Shown here in pieces: positions 11,094-22,900 of a stretch of 64,000 nucleotides of DNA. This stretch comes from Kiritimatiellia bacterium (GTDB taxonomy: Bacteria > Verrucomicrobiota > Kiritimatiellia > RFP12 > UBA1067), in contig JAFTCL010000083.1 of the NCBI GenBank assembly GCA_017454745.1, positions 31,924-95,923 on the forward strand, read 5' to 3'. The notes below the pieces were generated by a model, which worked only from the letters and a program-made list of their open reading frames with translations, made no database searches and had not been told where the DNA came from. Within the stretch, counting starts at the first letter, position 1; each line of letters starts with the position of its first letter. Both the position numbers and the translations under genes were made by a program.

Positions 11094-12323
11094 ATGTCGA
11101 TGCGTCGCGTTGTGGTGACCGGTTACGGGTTGGTGAGTGCGTTGGGGTTGGATGTGGCTTCGGCTTTCAACCGTCTCAAAGTGCCTAAAAACATGGTGAG
11201 ATGTTCTGACGAATTGGCGCGGATCAAAGGTTTGCAGACGCAACTTTGCGCCCCGATCGATAATTTCGTCTATCCGGAACGTTATACCCGCAAGGTTATC
11301 CGTTCCATGGGCCGTGTTTCCGTGATGGCCCTTAACGCCACCGAACAGGCGTTGGAACAGGCCGGGCTGGCGGAGAGTCCTGAACTGCGGGGCGGTCGGC
11401 TTGGCGTGGCTTATGGCTCATCGTCCGGTAGCGTGGATGCGATAGCCGATTTCTTTACCGTGGTTACCGATGGCGAGGTGAAAAACGTCACCAGCAACAC
11501 CTACATCAAGATGATGCCGCAAACGGCGGCGGTGAACCTTTCCGTTCATTTTGGTACCACCGGGCGGTTGTTGCCCACCGGTACCGCCTGTACCTCCGGT
11601 AGTCTGGCGGTCGGGTTGTCATACGAGGCGATTAAGTTTGGGCTTCAGGAGATTATGATCGCCGGCGGCGGCGAAGAGTTCAGCCCCACCCAAGTTGCGG
11701 TGTTCGACACGCTATTTGCCACCAGCCGCTGCAATGATTTCCCGGAACTGACCCCGCGGGCCTTTGACCGCAACCGCGATGGTCTGGTAATCGGCGAAGG
11801 TGCCGCAACCTTGGTGCTTGAGGAGCGTGACCACGCTTTGGCGCGCGGCGCGGAAATTTTGGCGGAAGTGGTCGGTTTCGGTACCAACACTGACGGGCGG
11901 CACATAACCCAACCGAATCGGGAAACCATGGCCGCCGCGTTGCGGATGGCGTTGGACGATGCCGGGCTGGATGCTTCGGCGGTGGGTTACGTCAACGCCC
12001 ATGGTACCGCCACCGATCAGGGCGATATCGCAGAAGGCACCGCTACGGCGGCGGTGTACGGGGCGCATACCCCGGTCAGTACCATCAAGAATTATACCGG
12101 CCACACTTTGGGCGCTTGCGGTGCGCTGGAGGCGATTCTTTCGATCGAGATGATGCGTAACGACTGGTACGCGCCTAACCTAAATCTGACCGAACCTGAC
12201 GAGCGGTGCGGGGAGTTGGATTTCATTACCGGAGGCGGACGGAATTTCCAGTCCGGTTATGTGGCCACCAACAACTTCGCTTTTGGCGGAGTCAACACTT
12301 CATTGATTTTTAGGCGGGTTTAG
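11094..12323 (+). CDS. Beta-ketoacyl-ACP synthase (FabF-like, aryl-polyene ApeR-type)
   Basis: RRVVVTG, YTRKVIRSMGRVS, catalytic TAC, NAHGTAT, GHTLGACG and NNFAFGG. Confidence 0.9.
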   Translation: MSMRRVVVTGYGLVSALGLDVASAFNRLKVPKNMVRCSDELARIKGLQTQLCAPIDNFVYPERYTRKVIRSMGRVSVMALNATEQALEQAGLAESPELRGGRLGVAYGSSSGSVDAIADFFTVVTDGEVKNVTSNTYIKMMPQTAAVNLSVHFGTTGRLLPTGTACTSGSLAVGLSYEAIKFGLQEIMIAGGGEEFSPTQVAVFDTLFATSRCNDFPELTPRAFDRNRDGLVIGEGAATLVLEERDHALARGAEILAEVVGFGTNTDGRHITQPNRETMAAALRMALDDAGLDASAVGYVNAHGTATDQGDIAEGTATAAVYGAHTPVSTIKNYTGHTLGACGALEAILSIEMMRNDWYAPNLNLTEPDERCGELDFITGGGRNFQSGYVATNNFAFGGVNTSLIFRRV

Positions 12324-12324
12324 T

Positions 12325-12927
12325 ATGTCGGATCGTTTTTCGGTGGTTAGTTTTGCGCAATGGAAGCCCGGTGAAACGCCGGATGTTTCCTTTGTCCCGC
12401 CGTTAAACCGCCGTCGTCTTTCGCTGTTGCAGCGCGGGACTTTTGCCTTGGGCCATGCGTTGGGAGAGCCCGCCGCCAAGTTGCCGGTGTTCTTTTCCTC
12501 GCGGGATGGCGAGGATACCTTGACCCGCAAGCAGGTGGAGCTTTTTAACGCGACCGGCGAGGTGTCTCCCGGCAAATTCAGTTCGTCGGTTTACAACGCC
12601 GCGCCGGGATTGTTGTCGATTTCTACCGGGAATGTTGAGCCGTACACTGCGCTGGCGGCAGGCGAGGAAACCGTTGAGGCGGGGCTGTTGGACGCGTTGA
12701 TGTTCGGTGGTGAGTGCGTTTGGATTTACGCCGAGGAAACCGGCGGCGGTTACGGTTGCGCCGCGCATTTTGCTCCGGTTGGCCGGGGTGGCGCGGAGAT
12801 ACGCACCGATTTTTCTGGGCTTGGCGCGACCGGAGCGCCGTTGTATTATTCTGACGCGGTTGGCTTTTTCGCTGGTGAAAAACAAATTTTAAAAGGGCGG
12901 TATCTGACACTTAATCGTTGCGGCTGA
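12325..12927 (+). CDS. Beta-ketoacyl synthase chain-length factor (ApeC-like)
   Basis: PPLNRRRLS, FSSRDGE and VSPGKFSSSVYNAAPG; short, with no catalytic Cys motif. Confidence 0.8.
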   Translation: MSDRFSVVSFAQWKPGETPDVSFVPPLNRRRLSLLQRGTFALGHALGEPAAKLPVFFSSRDGEDTLTRKQVELFNATGEVSPGKFSSSVYNAAPGLLSISTGNVEPYTALAAGEETVEAGLLDALMFGGECVWIYAEETGGGYGCAAHFAPVGRGGAEIRTDFSGLGATGAPLYYSDAVGFFAGEKQILKGRYLTLNRCG

Positions 12928-12954
12928 AGCCGTGTGGGGTAATGGAGGACGGTT

Positions 12955-14040
12955 ATGGATAAAAATGCTTATGTGGTGATTTTGGCGGGCGGCAGTGGCG
13001 AGCGTTTCTGGCCGTTAAGCACTAAAGCGCGTCCCAAACAGTTTGTCACGCTTTTTGGCGGTAAGACGTTGCTTGCCCAGGCGGTGGAACGTGTGTCGCC
13101 GTTGATACCGCCCGAACGCATTTTCATTATCACCGCCGAACGTTTGGTGCCAGACACCATTGCGGCCGCGACGGGAGTTCCGCGTCACAACATTGTCGGG
13201 GAACCCTGCAAGCGCGACACCGCAGCGGCGATTGCCGTGGCTTGCGGTATGGTGCGTCAACAAAATCCTGACGGGATTGTTTGCATCCTGACCGCCGACC
13301 AGCTGATGGGTGAAGTGGAGATTTTCCGCCGGACGCTTGCCGACGCGGTGGCGGTAGCCGCCAGCCATGACACGATTGTCACAATTGGCATCAAACCGAC
13401 TTATCCTGCCACCACATTCGGATACATTGAGGCGGGCGACGCTGTTCCTGCCGATTTGCCCACCTGTTTCAACCGCGCTTTGCGTTTTGTGGAAAAGCCG
13501 GATGTCCGGGCCGCCGCCGGTTATGTGGCTTCGGGGAAATATTTCTGGAATGCGGGGATGTTCATTTGGAAAGCTTCGGTAATGCGGGCGGCATTGGCCG
13601 AGCATGCTCCGGATCTGGCCGCGCTTTCCGATCGGGTGGCGGAATTGGACGGGTTGGACCCAATTCCGGGTTTGCTTCGCGAGGCGTATCCGCCGTTGCG
13701 GGCCATCTCCATCGATTATGCGGTGATGGAACACGTGAAGAACATCATTATGGCCCGAGGGGAGTTCGGCTGGGACGATGTGGGGTCCTGGACGGCGGTT
13801 GCGGAACATTTCCCGGCCGACGGTAACGGCAACGTGGCGGTTGGCGAGTGCGTGCCGCTGGATTCCCGGAATAATATCGTGGTGTCGGAAGGCCGCCTGA
13901 CCGCATTGATTGGCGTTTCCGATCTGGTGGTGGTGAACACCGCGAATGCTACGCTGGTCTGCCCCCGTAACCAGCTGGGCCAGTTAAAGCAGCTAGTCCG
14001 GGAAATCTCTTCTCGCCCCGATGGCGAAAAGTTCGTTTAG
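12955..14040 (+). CDS. manC: Mannose-1-phosphate guanylyltransferase (no PMI domain)
   Basis: ILAGGSGERFWPLS, PKQF, FVEKP, WNAGMF, SIDYAVME and WDDVGSW. Confidence 0.93.
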   Translation: MDKNAYVVILAGGSGERFWPLSTKARPKQFVTLFGGKTLLAQAVERVSPLIPPERIFIITAERLVPDTIAAATGVPRHNIVGEPCKRDTAAAIAVACGMVRQQNPDGIVCILTADQLMGEVEIFRRTLADAVAVAASHDTIVTIGIKPTYPATTFGYIEAGDAVPADLPTCFNRALRFVEKPDVRAAAGYVASGKYFWNAGMFIWKASVMRAALAEHAPDLAALSDRVAELDGLDPIPGLLREAYPPLRAISIDYAVMEHVKNIIMARGEFGWDDVGSWTAVAEHFPADGNGNVAVGECVPLDSRNNIVVSEGRLTALIGVSDLVVVNTANATLVCPRNQLGQLKQLVREISSRPDGEKFV

Positions 14041-14123
14041 CGTTTAGGAATCCCTCGTGGATATTTCGGCTCATTTTCCGCCTTTTGTGTCATTCGCGAT
14101 CACCTCGACTGAAAATTGGCGGT

Positions 14124-14152
14124 TTGACTTGCGGGGGGATTTTTGGTAAATT
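14124..14152 (+). promoter_or_regulatory. Putative sigma70 promoter
   Basis: TTGACT-N17-TAAATT with TG extended -10. Confidence 0.55.
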
Positions 14153-14182
14153 GTTATGAAATTCAACCGAGGGAGACTGTTG

Positions 14183-15583
14183 ATGGAAAATCCGTTTATA
14201 GGTGTTTGTTTTGCTTTTACCGCTGCGGTGGCGTTTGCCGCACCGCCCAAGTATGTTTTTCTGTACATCGGCGACGGAATGTCCACGCCGCAGCGGATGG
14301 TGGCGGAGGAGTTCGCACGTAACGCCAACCATGGCGAGCTGGCCATGAATATGTTGCCGTACCACGCCACCACGCGGACCAGATCGCTAACTTCGCTGAT
14401 TACCGATTCGGCGGCTGCCGCCACCGCCATTGCCTGCGGGTCCAAAACCTACAACGGCGCTTTGGGTGTGGACGGAGACAACAACCGTATTGAATCCGTC
14501 GCCGAAGTTGCCCACCGTAACGGACAGAAAGTTGGTATCGTAACCACCGTAACGATTTGCCACGCCACCCCGGCGGGATTTTATGCGCACCGCAAAAATC
14601 GCGGTTTGTACTATCAGATCGGGTTGGATTTGATCGCGTCCGGCTTTGAATATTTCGCCGGCGGCGGCCTGGACGGAGCTTTTGACAAGAAGAAGGATCC
14701 GGAATACCGGGGCAATGTTTACGAGTTGGCGGCGCAAGCGGGTTACAAGATGGTTTGGGACAAGCCGGGTTTCACCGCGCTAAAACCCGGCGATGGCAAG
14801 GTGTGGGTACATTGTTGCGAGGGTGAGTTGCCTTATGACATCGACACCGATTTTTCAGTTTATCCCTCTTTGGCGGAATTGACCCAAAAAGGCATTGAGC
14901 TGCTGGACAATCCCAACGGCTTTTTCATGATGATCGAGGGCGGTACGCTTGACCATTCCGGACACTCAAATGACGCCGCCGCAAATTTGCGCGACGTTCT
15001 GGCGTTGGACAAGGCGGTTCAGGTGGGCTTAGCTTTCGCCAAGGCACACGCCGACGAAACCTTGCTCATTGTTACCGGCGACCACGAGACCGGCGGCATG
15101 GCGATGGGGTTCGCAGGCACCGGTTACGCATTCCACATGGATCGGTTAGTGCATCAGAAGTGTTCGTCCGACGAATTCGCCCGGATCCTGCGGAAGGCCA
15201 AAAAGGAAAAACCGGATTTTTCGTTTGAAGACGCGAAGCCGTTGCTTACCAAATATTTCGGTTTTGTGTTCGAGGCCAAGGAAGGCGGCACTGACGACAA
15301 GGCTGCTGGCGAGAAGTTCGCCAAAGCAAACGCCGGTACCAAAGGCAATCCGATGCTCTTGCGGCCGAACGAGATCGAACAGTTGAAGGCCGGTTTTAAC
15401 AAGGGTTCACTGCACCATGCCGCCCGCAAGCTGATCAGCGACAAATCGGGTGTGGGTTGGTCTTCGGGCTCGCATACCGCGTTGCCGGTTTTGACCACCA
15501 GCACCGGCAAGTACGCCGACCGTTTTATCGGTATGTACGAGAACACGGAAATCGCGAACCGGATCAAACAACTCTACCAATAG
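14183..15583 (+). CDS. phoA: Alkaline phosphatase (PhoA family), secreted
   Basis: Signal peptide; IGDGM, TDSAAAAT (catalytic Ser), HATPA, EGGTLDHSGH, TGDHETGG and SHT. ATG 14183 follows GGAG. Confidence 0.93.
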   Translation: MENPFIGVCFAFTAAVAFAAPPKYVFLYIGDGMSTPQRMVAEEFARNANHGELAMNMLPYHATTRTRSLTSLITDSAAAATAIACGSKTYNGALGVDGDNNRIESVAEVAHRNGQKVGIVTTVTICHATPAGFYAHRKNRGLYYQIGLDLIASGFEYFAGGGLDGAFDKKKDPEYRGNVYELAAQAGYKMVWDKPGFTALKPGDGKVWVHCCEGELPYDIDTDFSVYPSLAELTQKGIELLDNPNGFFMMIEGGTLDHSGHSNDAAANLRDVLALDKAVQVGLAFAKAHADETLLIVTGDHETGGMAMGFAGTGYAFHMDRLVHQKCSSDEFARILRKAKKEKPDFSFEDAKPLLTKYFGFVFEAKEGGTDDKAAGEKFAKANAGTKGNPMLLRPNEIEQLKAGFNKGSLHHAARKLISDKSGVGWSSGSHTALPVLTTSTGKYADRFIGMYENTEIANRIKQLYQ

Positions 15584-15590
15584 CCGTTTC

Positions 15591-16727
15591 ATGCGATTGT
15601 CAACCTGTAAGGCAAACCTGCTGGCGGTGGCGGTGATGTCGCTGTCGGTGGTGGCGATGTGGTTCATACCGGCACCGAAACAGCTGGCAAGCGACCACGG
15701 CGTTGCGGTGCGGGCCAAGGTGTTGTCAGTTGACAATTCCACGGTGCAGATGTTGGGTTTGCTGCGTTACGGTTCCCAGCATTTGACGGTTGAAATCCTT
15801 GAGGGCGCCGCAAAAGGCAGGACTTACCACGCGGTGAACGAAATCCGGGCGCAAATGGATCTTGACAAGGATTTCCATCCCGGCGACACTGCGGTGGTGG
15901 TGTTGCAAAGCGGCGACGCCGAACAGGATTCCGCCGCGCTGGTCGCCCGAGACCAGTACCGGATGGGTTGGGGCTGGATTTTGTTCGGCGGTTTTTGCGT
16001 ACTGCTTTGCGTTTTTGGCGGTTGGGTGGGGGCAAAGGCGTTATTCAGCTTTCTGTACAGCTGCATTGTGATATGGAAGGCCGTGATACCGCTGGCGCTG
16101 CACGGCTGGCCGGTGAGCTGGACGGTCTTTGCGGCGGTATGCTGGCTCACTGCTGTCATAATGTATCTGGTGGCGGGTCTGTCACGCAAGGGCGTGTCGG
16201 CTTTCCTAGGCGCGTCGGTGGGGGTTTTGGCCGGATTGGGCCTGGCACATACGTTTGGGCGGCTGATGAAAATCAACGGCGCCACCATGCCTTACGTACA
16301 GTCGCTGCTTTATTCGGGATTTGAATCGCTTAACTTGCAGGATGTGTTCATTGGGGCGATGGTGCTGGCCAGTTCGGGCGCGGTTATGGATCTGGCGATG
16401 GACATCGCTTCAGGCATTGACGAGGTGGCACGGCACAATCCGGAACTGTCCGGACGTGAACTCTGTCTTTCCGGGTTGCGTATTGGACGAAGCGTGGTTG
16501 GCACTATGACCACCACATTGCTGTTGGCGTACTCCGGTGGCTACATTACGTTGCTGATGGTATTCTGTACCCAGGGGACACGCCCTTTGGATTTTTTGAA
16601 CAACGCCCTGGTTGCGTCTGAAGTCGTGAAGACCCTGATAGGCAGTTTCTCGCTGATTTTTGTCGCCCCCAGCACCGCGTTGATTGCGGCGTGGATCTTC
16701 AGCATGAGAAAAAATTCGGTTAGGTAG
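15591..16727 (+). CDS. YibE/F family membrane protein
   Basis: Multi-TM; SGAVMDLAMDIAS and IGRSVVGTMTTTLLLAYSGG. Confidence 0.88.
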   Translation: MRLSTCKANLLAVAVMSLSVVAMWFIPAPKQLASDHGVAVRAKVLSVDNSTVQMLGLLRYGSQHLTVEILEGAAKGRTYHAVNEIRAQMDLDKDFHPGDTAVVVLQSGDAEQDSAALVARDQYRMGWGWILFGGFCVLLCVFGGWVGAKALFSFLYSCIVIWKAVIPLALHGWPVSWTVFAAVCWLTAVIMYLVAGLSRKGVSAFLGASVGVLAGLGLAHTFGRLMKINGATMPYVQSLLYSGFESLNLQDVFIGAMVLASSGAVMDLAMDIASGIDEVARHNPELSGRELCLSGLRIGRSVVGTMTTTLLLAYSGGYITLLMVFCTQGTRPLDFLNNALVASEVVKTLIGSFSLIFVAPSTALIAAWIFSMRKNSVR

Positions 16728-16757
16728 TTAGGTGGTGCGGTAGTTGGGTAGTTAGGT
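16718..16757. repeat. Degenerate 8-nt tandem repeat (GGTAGTTA-like) at the yibE/F stop
   Basis: ggtagtta ggtggtgc ggtagttg ggtagtta. Confidence 0.6.
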
Positions 16758-16855
16758 TTGTCCGCCCTCTTGACCTCCAAAGCGCGAAACGCGGCGGCGG
16801 TGGCCTTGGCGAATGCGGATGTTGCGTTGGCGGCGTTAAAATTGCCATTTTCGCC

Positions 16856-16884
16856 TTGAATAGACAAATTTTTTGTCGTAAAAT
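16856..16884 (+). promoter_or_regulatory. Putative sigma70 promoter with a palindrome in the spacer
   Basis: TTGAAT-N17-TAAAAT; the spacer contains GACAAA-TTT-TTTGTC. Confidence 0.6.
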
Positions 16885-16933
16885 ATGTTCCGTTTTGGGT
16901 GGTATTTAATTACAATTCATTAAGGAGCAGGTT

Positions 16934-19900
16934 ATGAAAATGCGAAAACTGGTGTTGTGCTTATTGGCCATGGTTGGTCTGTCCGCGTTTGGCGCGGTCA
17001 GCGTCCCTATGATCATTTCACATCGCGGCGAATCTTCCGACGCGCCGGAAAATACGATGGCGGCGTTTCGGTTGGCGGTGGAACGCGGGGTGGACGCGAT
17101 GGAGTGCGATGTGTACGTCACCGCCGACGGGGTTCCGGTGATCATGCACGACAAGTCGATGCGGCGCACCACCGGTGTAAATTCCAACATTACCGACCTT
17201 CCGGTTTCCACGGTTACCAACACTGCCGCCACCGCTTTCGGTTCATGGGCAAGCAGCGAGTATTCTGAAGAGAAGGTCCCGACCTTGGCGCAATATCTGG
17301 CGTTGTTGCGCGATTCCGAGATTAAGGCCGTGATTGAACTGAAGGAGGGCAACCCCAACAGCGACACTTTCATAAACGCTGTCGCGGCGGCGGTAGTCAG
17401 CGAGGCGGCGGCCACGCCGGAGCGAGTGGTCTTCATCTCCTTCGGGGCTGATCTGGTCTCCAAGATTCGCCAGGTGCTTCCCACCTATCCGGCGCTGTAT
17501 TTGGTCAGTGCCTGCCCCTCCGACGTCAATAACTTGATTGCCACGATGGCGGAGTGCCATGCGACCGGAGTCGACGCTTCTAGCGGGTTTAACGCCGATT
17601 ACGTGGCCGCAGTCCGCGGTGCCGGGTATTCTTTTGTAACTTGGACCGTGGATAGCACGGCAACCGCCTACAACCAAACCATGATGGGCGTGGACGGCAT
17701 CACCACCAACACCGGTAAGGTGCTCAAGGATTACATTACTGACAAGATTGACGAACTTAACGCCGAAGAGGCCGCGCGGATGGCTGTTTACGCTGAACTT
17801 ATCGAACGCAATGTCCCGGCTCGCGGCGGGTGGATGCGTGTCGATGCGGATTCTTACGCCGACGGGATGCTGATCAATTTTGACGGTATCCGCAACCAAG
17901 GTTTGAATCAACCGCACAACGCTTCAGCGGAAAGCTGGGTCAACCTTGGTTCGTTGGGTACGGGAATTAATCTCTCGTTCACCGGCGCGATTATCTGGGA
18001 GGACGACGGTTTCTACTTCAACCAGGCCACCCGCGCGGTCACGGCGGGGAATTGCGCGCTTCCGGCGGTCTTCTCGATGCAGTACGCGATGGACATCCCG
18101 GATATCGCCACCGCCACCCAAACCACCTTTCCGAACTACTTCTCCGTGGTCAAAAGCAAGCTGGACAATGGCGTGTTTACCCGCAACGACAACAAGCAGT
18201 GCCTGGAGATGAAACTCACCGAGTACGGGGTTTCGGAGAAACCCCGGCTGTTTGTCTACAACTGGGAAGGCCGGTACGCGACCTTTATTCTCGATACCGC
18301 CACGGTTTACGGTACCCAAACCACCAATCTCGATTATTCGGTGTCGCGCAGTTCCGCCAAGGCGACATCCTACCCGTGGATGTTCGGTTCTGGCAGCGGT
18401 GGCAAAACCGACGGGTCCGGTTTCGCCGACCGTTACGCGAGAGGGACCTACAAGTCCATCCGTTTCTATGACCATGTGTTGACCACCGATGAGATTTCAT
18501 GGAACCGGATGATTGATGAGATCCGTTTCCGTGGGGTTGATGATCCGATTATGGTTAAGGTCGCCAGCTCTGACCCGCGCTTTGAAGGTGTGGAGGGTAA
18601 CGGAGATTATCTGCTCACTTCCGCGCACACTTTCTCCGCGACCAATATGGTTTACAACGGCGATGTGTTTTCTCCGAGCGGTTACGTTTTGGAAACCTGG
18701 AACCCTTCCACCGAAAGTTGGGTGGCAGCGGATGCGGTGCCTGACACCAGCTATACCTACACTCCGGGCGTTTCGCCATCGCGGGTACGTCTGACTTGGC
18801 AGTGGACGGGTATTACCCGTATCAATGGCGTTTATGACCTTGCTACGGAGGCGGCTGAGGTTTCCGGAGATGTGCTGGTCGCCGACGGAGCAAAAATTGT
18901 TTCGTCCGCTTTCGACGAAGGGCAGACGGGGCTTACCGCCTCCGGCTCTTTTACGGTTCAGGGTGCGTTGACCTTCGACCTGAACGGTTTTTCCGGCGGT
19001 ACTTATACGCTGGTTTCCGCCGAAAATGTTGTTTTGGAAAATGGTGCCACCGTTGTCCTTTCCAATGTAGGCGAGCTGACGGGAATAAGGCGGACTTTGA
19101 CGTGCACGGACAACAGCATTGTCCTGACCGTGGAGCGCGATGGAAGTTTGGACGAATTCGTCTTTAATGGGGACTTCGCCATGAATGGCACGACGGTGGG
19201 GAATGAAAACACTGCTAATGCCGGAACCAACTGGTCGTACGCCTACAATCCGGGTTTTTCTATTCCCTGGTGGAAAACTAGTAACACTCAGTGCGGGTTG
19301 ACCGTAACCAATACCCCCTGGCTGGCAATCGGTCAGACCAACGGAGGAACGTATTCATACTTTGTTCAGAGCACAGAGTGTGAACTTTCACAGAACCTGG
19401 GGACGGTGCCTGCCGGCATCTATCGTTTCTCGTATAATATCGCAGCCAGGCCAAGCCATACCCAATCTCTAATGGATGTGACTGTAGGCAAAAACGGTAC
19501 AGCGATGTTTGAGTATCGCACCGAAGAGCTGACCAATACCCTTTTCGAGTGCTATGAATCCGTCATCGTGCTGACCGAGGCTGCGAACTACGGTTTGAGT
19601 TTCAAACATCTGGTTCCGAGCGGAGACAAGGCGATCATTCTTGACGATGTGTCTTTCCGGCGCGAGGAAACTTCCGGCTGGTCATTGTCCGGCGGCAGTG
19701 CGGTGATTGACGGTACCGGTCTTGGCGCGGCGGTTCCCGGCCGCAGTTTTGTGGATGGCGACGCGACGATTCGTTCCGGTTCACTGCTAACCTTTACTCC
19801 GGTTTACGGAACTGCCACGCTTAATGTCGGCGGCACTCTAGCCGTTGAAGGTTCGGTGGCGGTGAATATCAAAGGCCCGGATTCCCTGTTGTGCGGCGAA

Positions 19901-22900
19901 TATTCGCTCATCGAGGCTGGACAGTTGACAATGGCGAACGGTGCCGCGTTCTCGCTGACATCGTCCGTGGTCTTTGGCGAGAATCGCGCGGGGGTGTTGG
20001 AGTTGACCGATACCGGGTTGAAACTCCGGGTTTATCCAACCGGTAACCCGATTTACAAACGTAATAACACTTTGTCTGGCAACTACATTTTCTGGCAACC
20101 GCAGGGCAACCATTACTGGCAGACCAAGTCCAACTGGTCGTCCGGTGCCGTGCCGGGGTTTGATGCCAACCAGCGGATTATCTTCACCGTGGCGGATTCT
20201 GTGGAAATCAACGCATATTCGAAGTGGACCAGCGGCAACGCCTATCTGTGTTTCTACAATGGCACGAAGACTCCGGTGGAGTTCTCTGCCAGCAGCGGGG
20301 ATTTCGGTCTTGACACCACTTCGCAGGGCGCGTCCGGATGGGCAATTGTGCGCGGTTATGGCGTGGGCGGCTACTTGCGGGTAAACAACGGCACTTACAA
20401 CGTGTCTTACGTTTATCCCAACGGCAATTCGGACGAGAGCGAATTTTCCTATGCCCGTTTCGAATTGCTCGGCGGGTCATTAACCGGTACCAAATCGTTC
20501 CTGAATTGTAATTTCGATTTGTCGCGTTCCGACGTGTTGATCGATGGTTGTAACGTCAAGTTTACCAATGACTACAACTCAAATATCAATGCATTCACCA
20601 AACAAGTGTTCAGGTTGGTTTCCGGTTCGCTGTCGGTCAACAACTTCCAGTTGGGCGCGGGAAACTATAGTATGTTTGACGGCGAGATGTCGGGCGGCGA
20701 GCTTACTTGCGCAGGAAACTTCTCCTTTAACGGCGCTAATCCCGATGCGGCGAAATTTGTATTAAAGGGCGGTCGGCTGATCACTGACACTATCATGCGA
20801 TCCAACTCCAAGGCGGTGTTTCTGATTGACGGCGGTACGTTGTCGCCATACGGCAACGCCGACGGATGGCTCTATTCCGCGAACTTCCTTACCGTCACTA
20901 AAGGCGGCACGGTGTTAGCTGATACCGACGGCCACAATGTGAGGTGGATGGCTACGGTTGCCGATGACGAGGGCGGATATGATTTCAGTCTCAGCAAACG
21001 CGGGAACGGCACGCTTACCTTCAATGCCGACCAGTTGTTCACCGGTACTTTGGCGGTTGATTCAGGCACTCTGGCTACGGTACACTCGCTGTCTGCCGGA
21101 GAGATTACCGTGGCTTCCGGCGCATCGTTCTCGGTGGCTAATGCCGCTATTAATACGTTGACCCTTCCGTCCATCACATTGGCGCCCGGAGCGGTTTTGG
21201 AGTTTGACGTCAACCCTGATGGTTGCGATGTGCTTGCTTTCACGTCCATAGACATCACATCGGCCTCGGCGGAACATCCGGTGTATATCGACGTTTCGCT
21301 GTCCGGCATGGCGACCTTGGATGATGACACATCCTACACCTTGATTTCCCGCGGCGTGACCGATGCCTCTAAATTTGAGTTGCGCGGCGTGGCGGGATCG
21401 CTTTCGGTTAGGAACGGCGCGTTGATAATGACCAAGAGCGCCGCCACCTCCAACGAGTGGAGCGGATTGGCAAACGACGGCGGCAAGTGGTCTACCGGCG
21501 GCAACTGGCGTAACGGAGAGCCGCCTGTCAGCGGCGGCAGCGCGGTTTTCAATACTTCAGCAGGAACTACACTGTTTGATATTACGGGGCTGGCTTTGAG
21601 CGAAATGTTTTTCGGCGAGGATGCCGGCGCGTTTGTGCACACCGGAGATGATTCGCTTACGATTTATACCTCCATCACCAACCTTTCCAATTACGCGCAG
21701 GATATAAAAATGCCGGTGACGCTGGGAGTGGACGGGTTAGGGTTCTCGGTTTACTCCGCTGGAGACCTGATTATCACCAATACCATTACCCCGGCTTTAA
21801 AAACTCTAGTGAAAGACGGTGGCGGCACTTTGCTGATAAACGACAACGCCATTGCTTGCCTGTCCAGATTGGATATTAATTCCGGAACTGTGAAACTGAA
21901 TGGCCGCACCGGAACGGTTCTTTCAGCAAATGATGAGGGCGGGGAGATTCACATTGCCGACGGAGCAGGTCTGGACATCAACCACGCCCCGGCCGCCAGC
22001 GGCATCGCATTGGCGTCTGATGAGGTCACTCACGGCAAGGTGATATATTTCGAGGGCAATGGCCCAGACGGCAACGGAGCACTCTACAACTCCAACAACA
22101 ACACCACATGGACCGGCTATTTCAGCCATTTGGTCCTTACCGGCGATGCCAAGGTTGGCGGCGGGCACATGTCGTTGCGGACGGTTGCAAATTCCGCGTT
22201 GAACGACAATGTGATCGAAGGGCCTTATGCTTTGGACATAGCGAATCAAGTTGACGGGTTGGGCTTCACCCAGGTGGCGGTTAATTTTGATCTAAAGCGA
22301 GAGGATATCACCGGGAAGACCCAGTTGGAGGGTGCTCAGACCGGCGTCATTGATGAGGGTGTTCATGTGAAAAACGGCGGAAATGTGGTTCTCTACGGTA
22401 CCACGCTTCCGGCTGGCATTCCGGTAACGGTGGACGACAATGCCACCGGTGCGTTCTCGCTGGGCTCCGGAACCTCGTACATCCAGTCGGCGTTTACCGT
22501 AGGGGGTGATGCGACGGCGGCGTTCAGTGCCAACAACACCGCCTACTTGACGGGATCGGTTACAAACAATGGGTTGATCTCTTACACGGGAACAGGAAAC
22601 ATCTACTTTGATTGCGTTCCGGTTGTCGGCGGTACCTACAAGAACACCGCCGGTTCGCTTTGGTTCACCCCGGCGGTTGATTCGCCGGAAAGCCGGATTA
22701 CCGTAGACTCTTCTTCAACATTGGTGTTTGGCGCCAACAGCGGTTCGGGCGCGTTACCCCGGTTCGGCGCGATTTCGGCAACCGCATCGAAGAACGTTTA
22801 TTTCCGTCCGTGCGCTTCGGTGGCACTTGAGAATGATCTGTTCGACGATGTGGTCAACAAGTCCCGTTCGTCCAACGGTACGGTTTACATTCAGCATTCC

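Noticed and set aside
14085-14125. Pho box upstream of phoA (GTGTCAT)
   Set aside because: Only one half-site, with no second repeat at 11-bp spacing.
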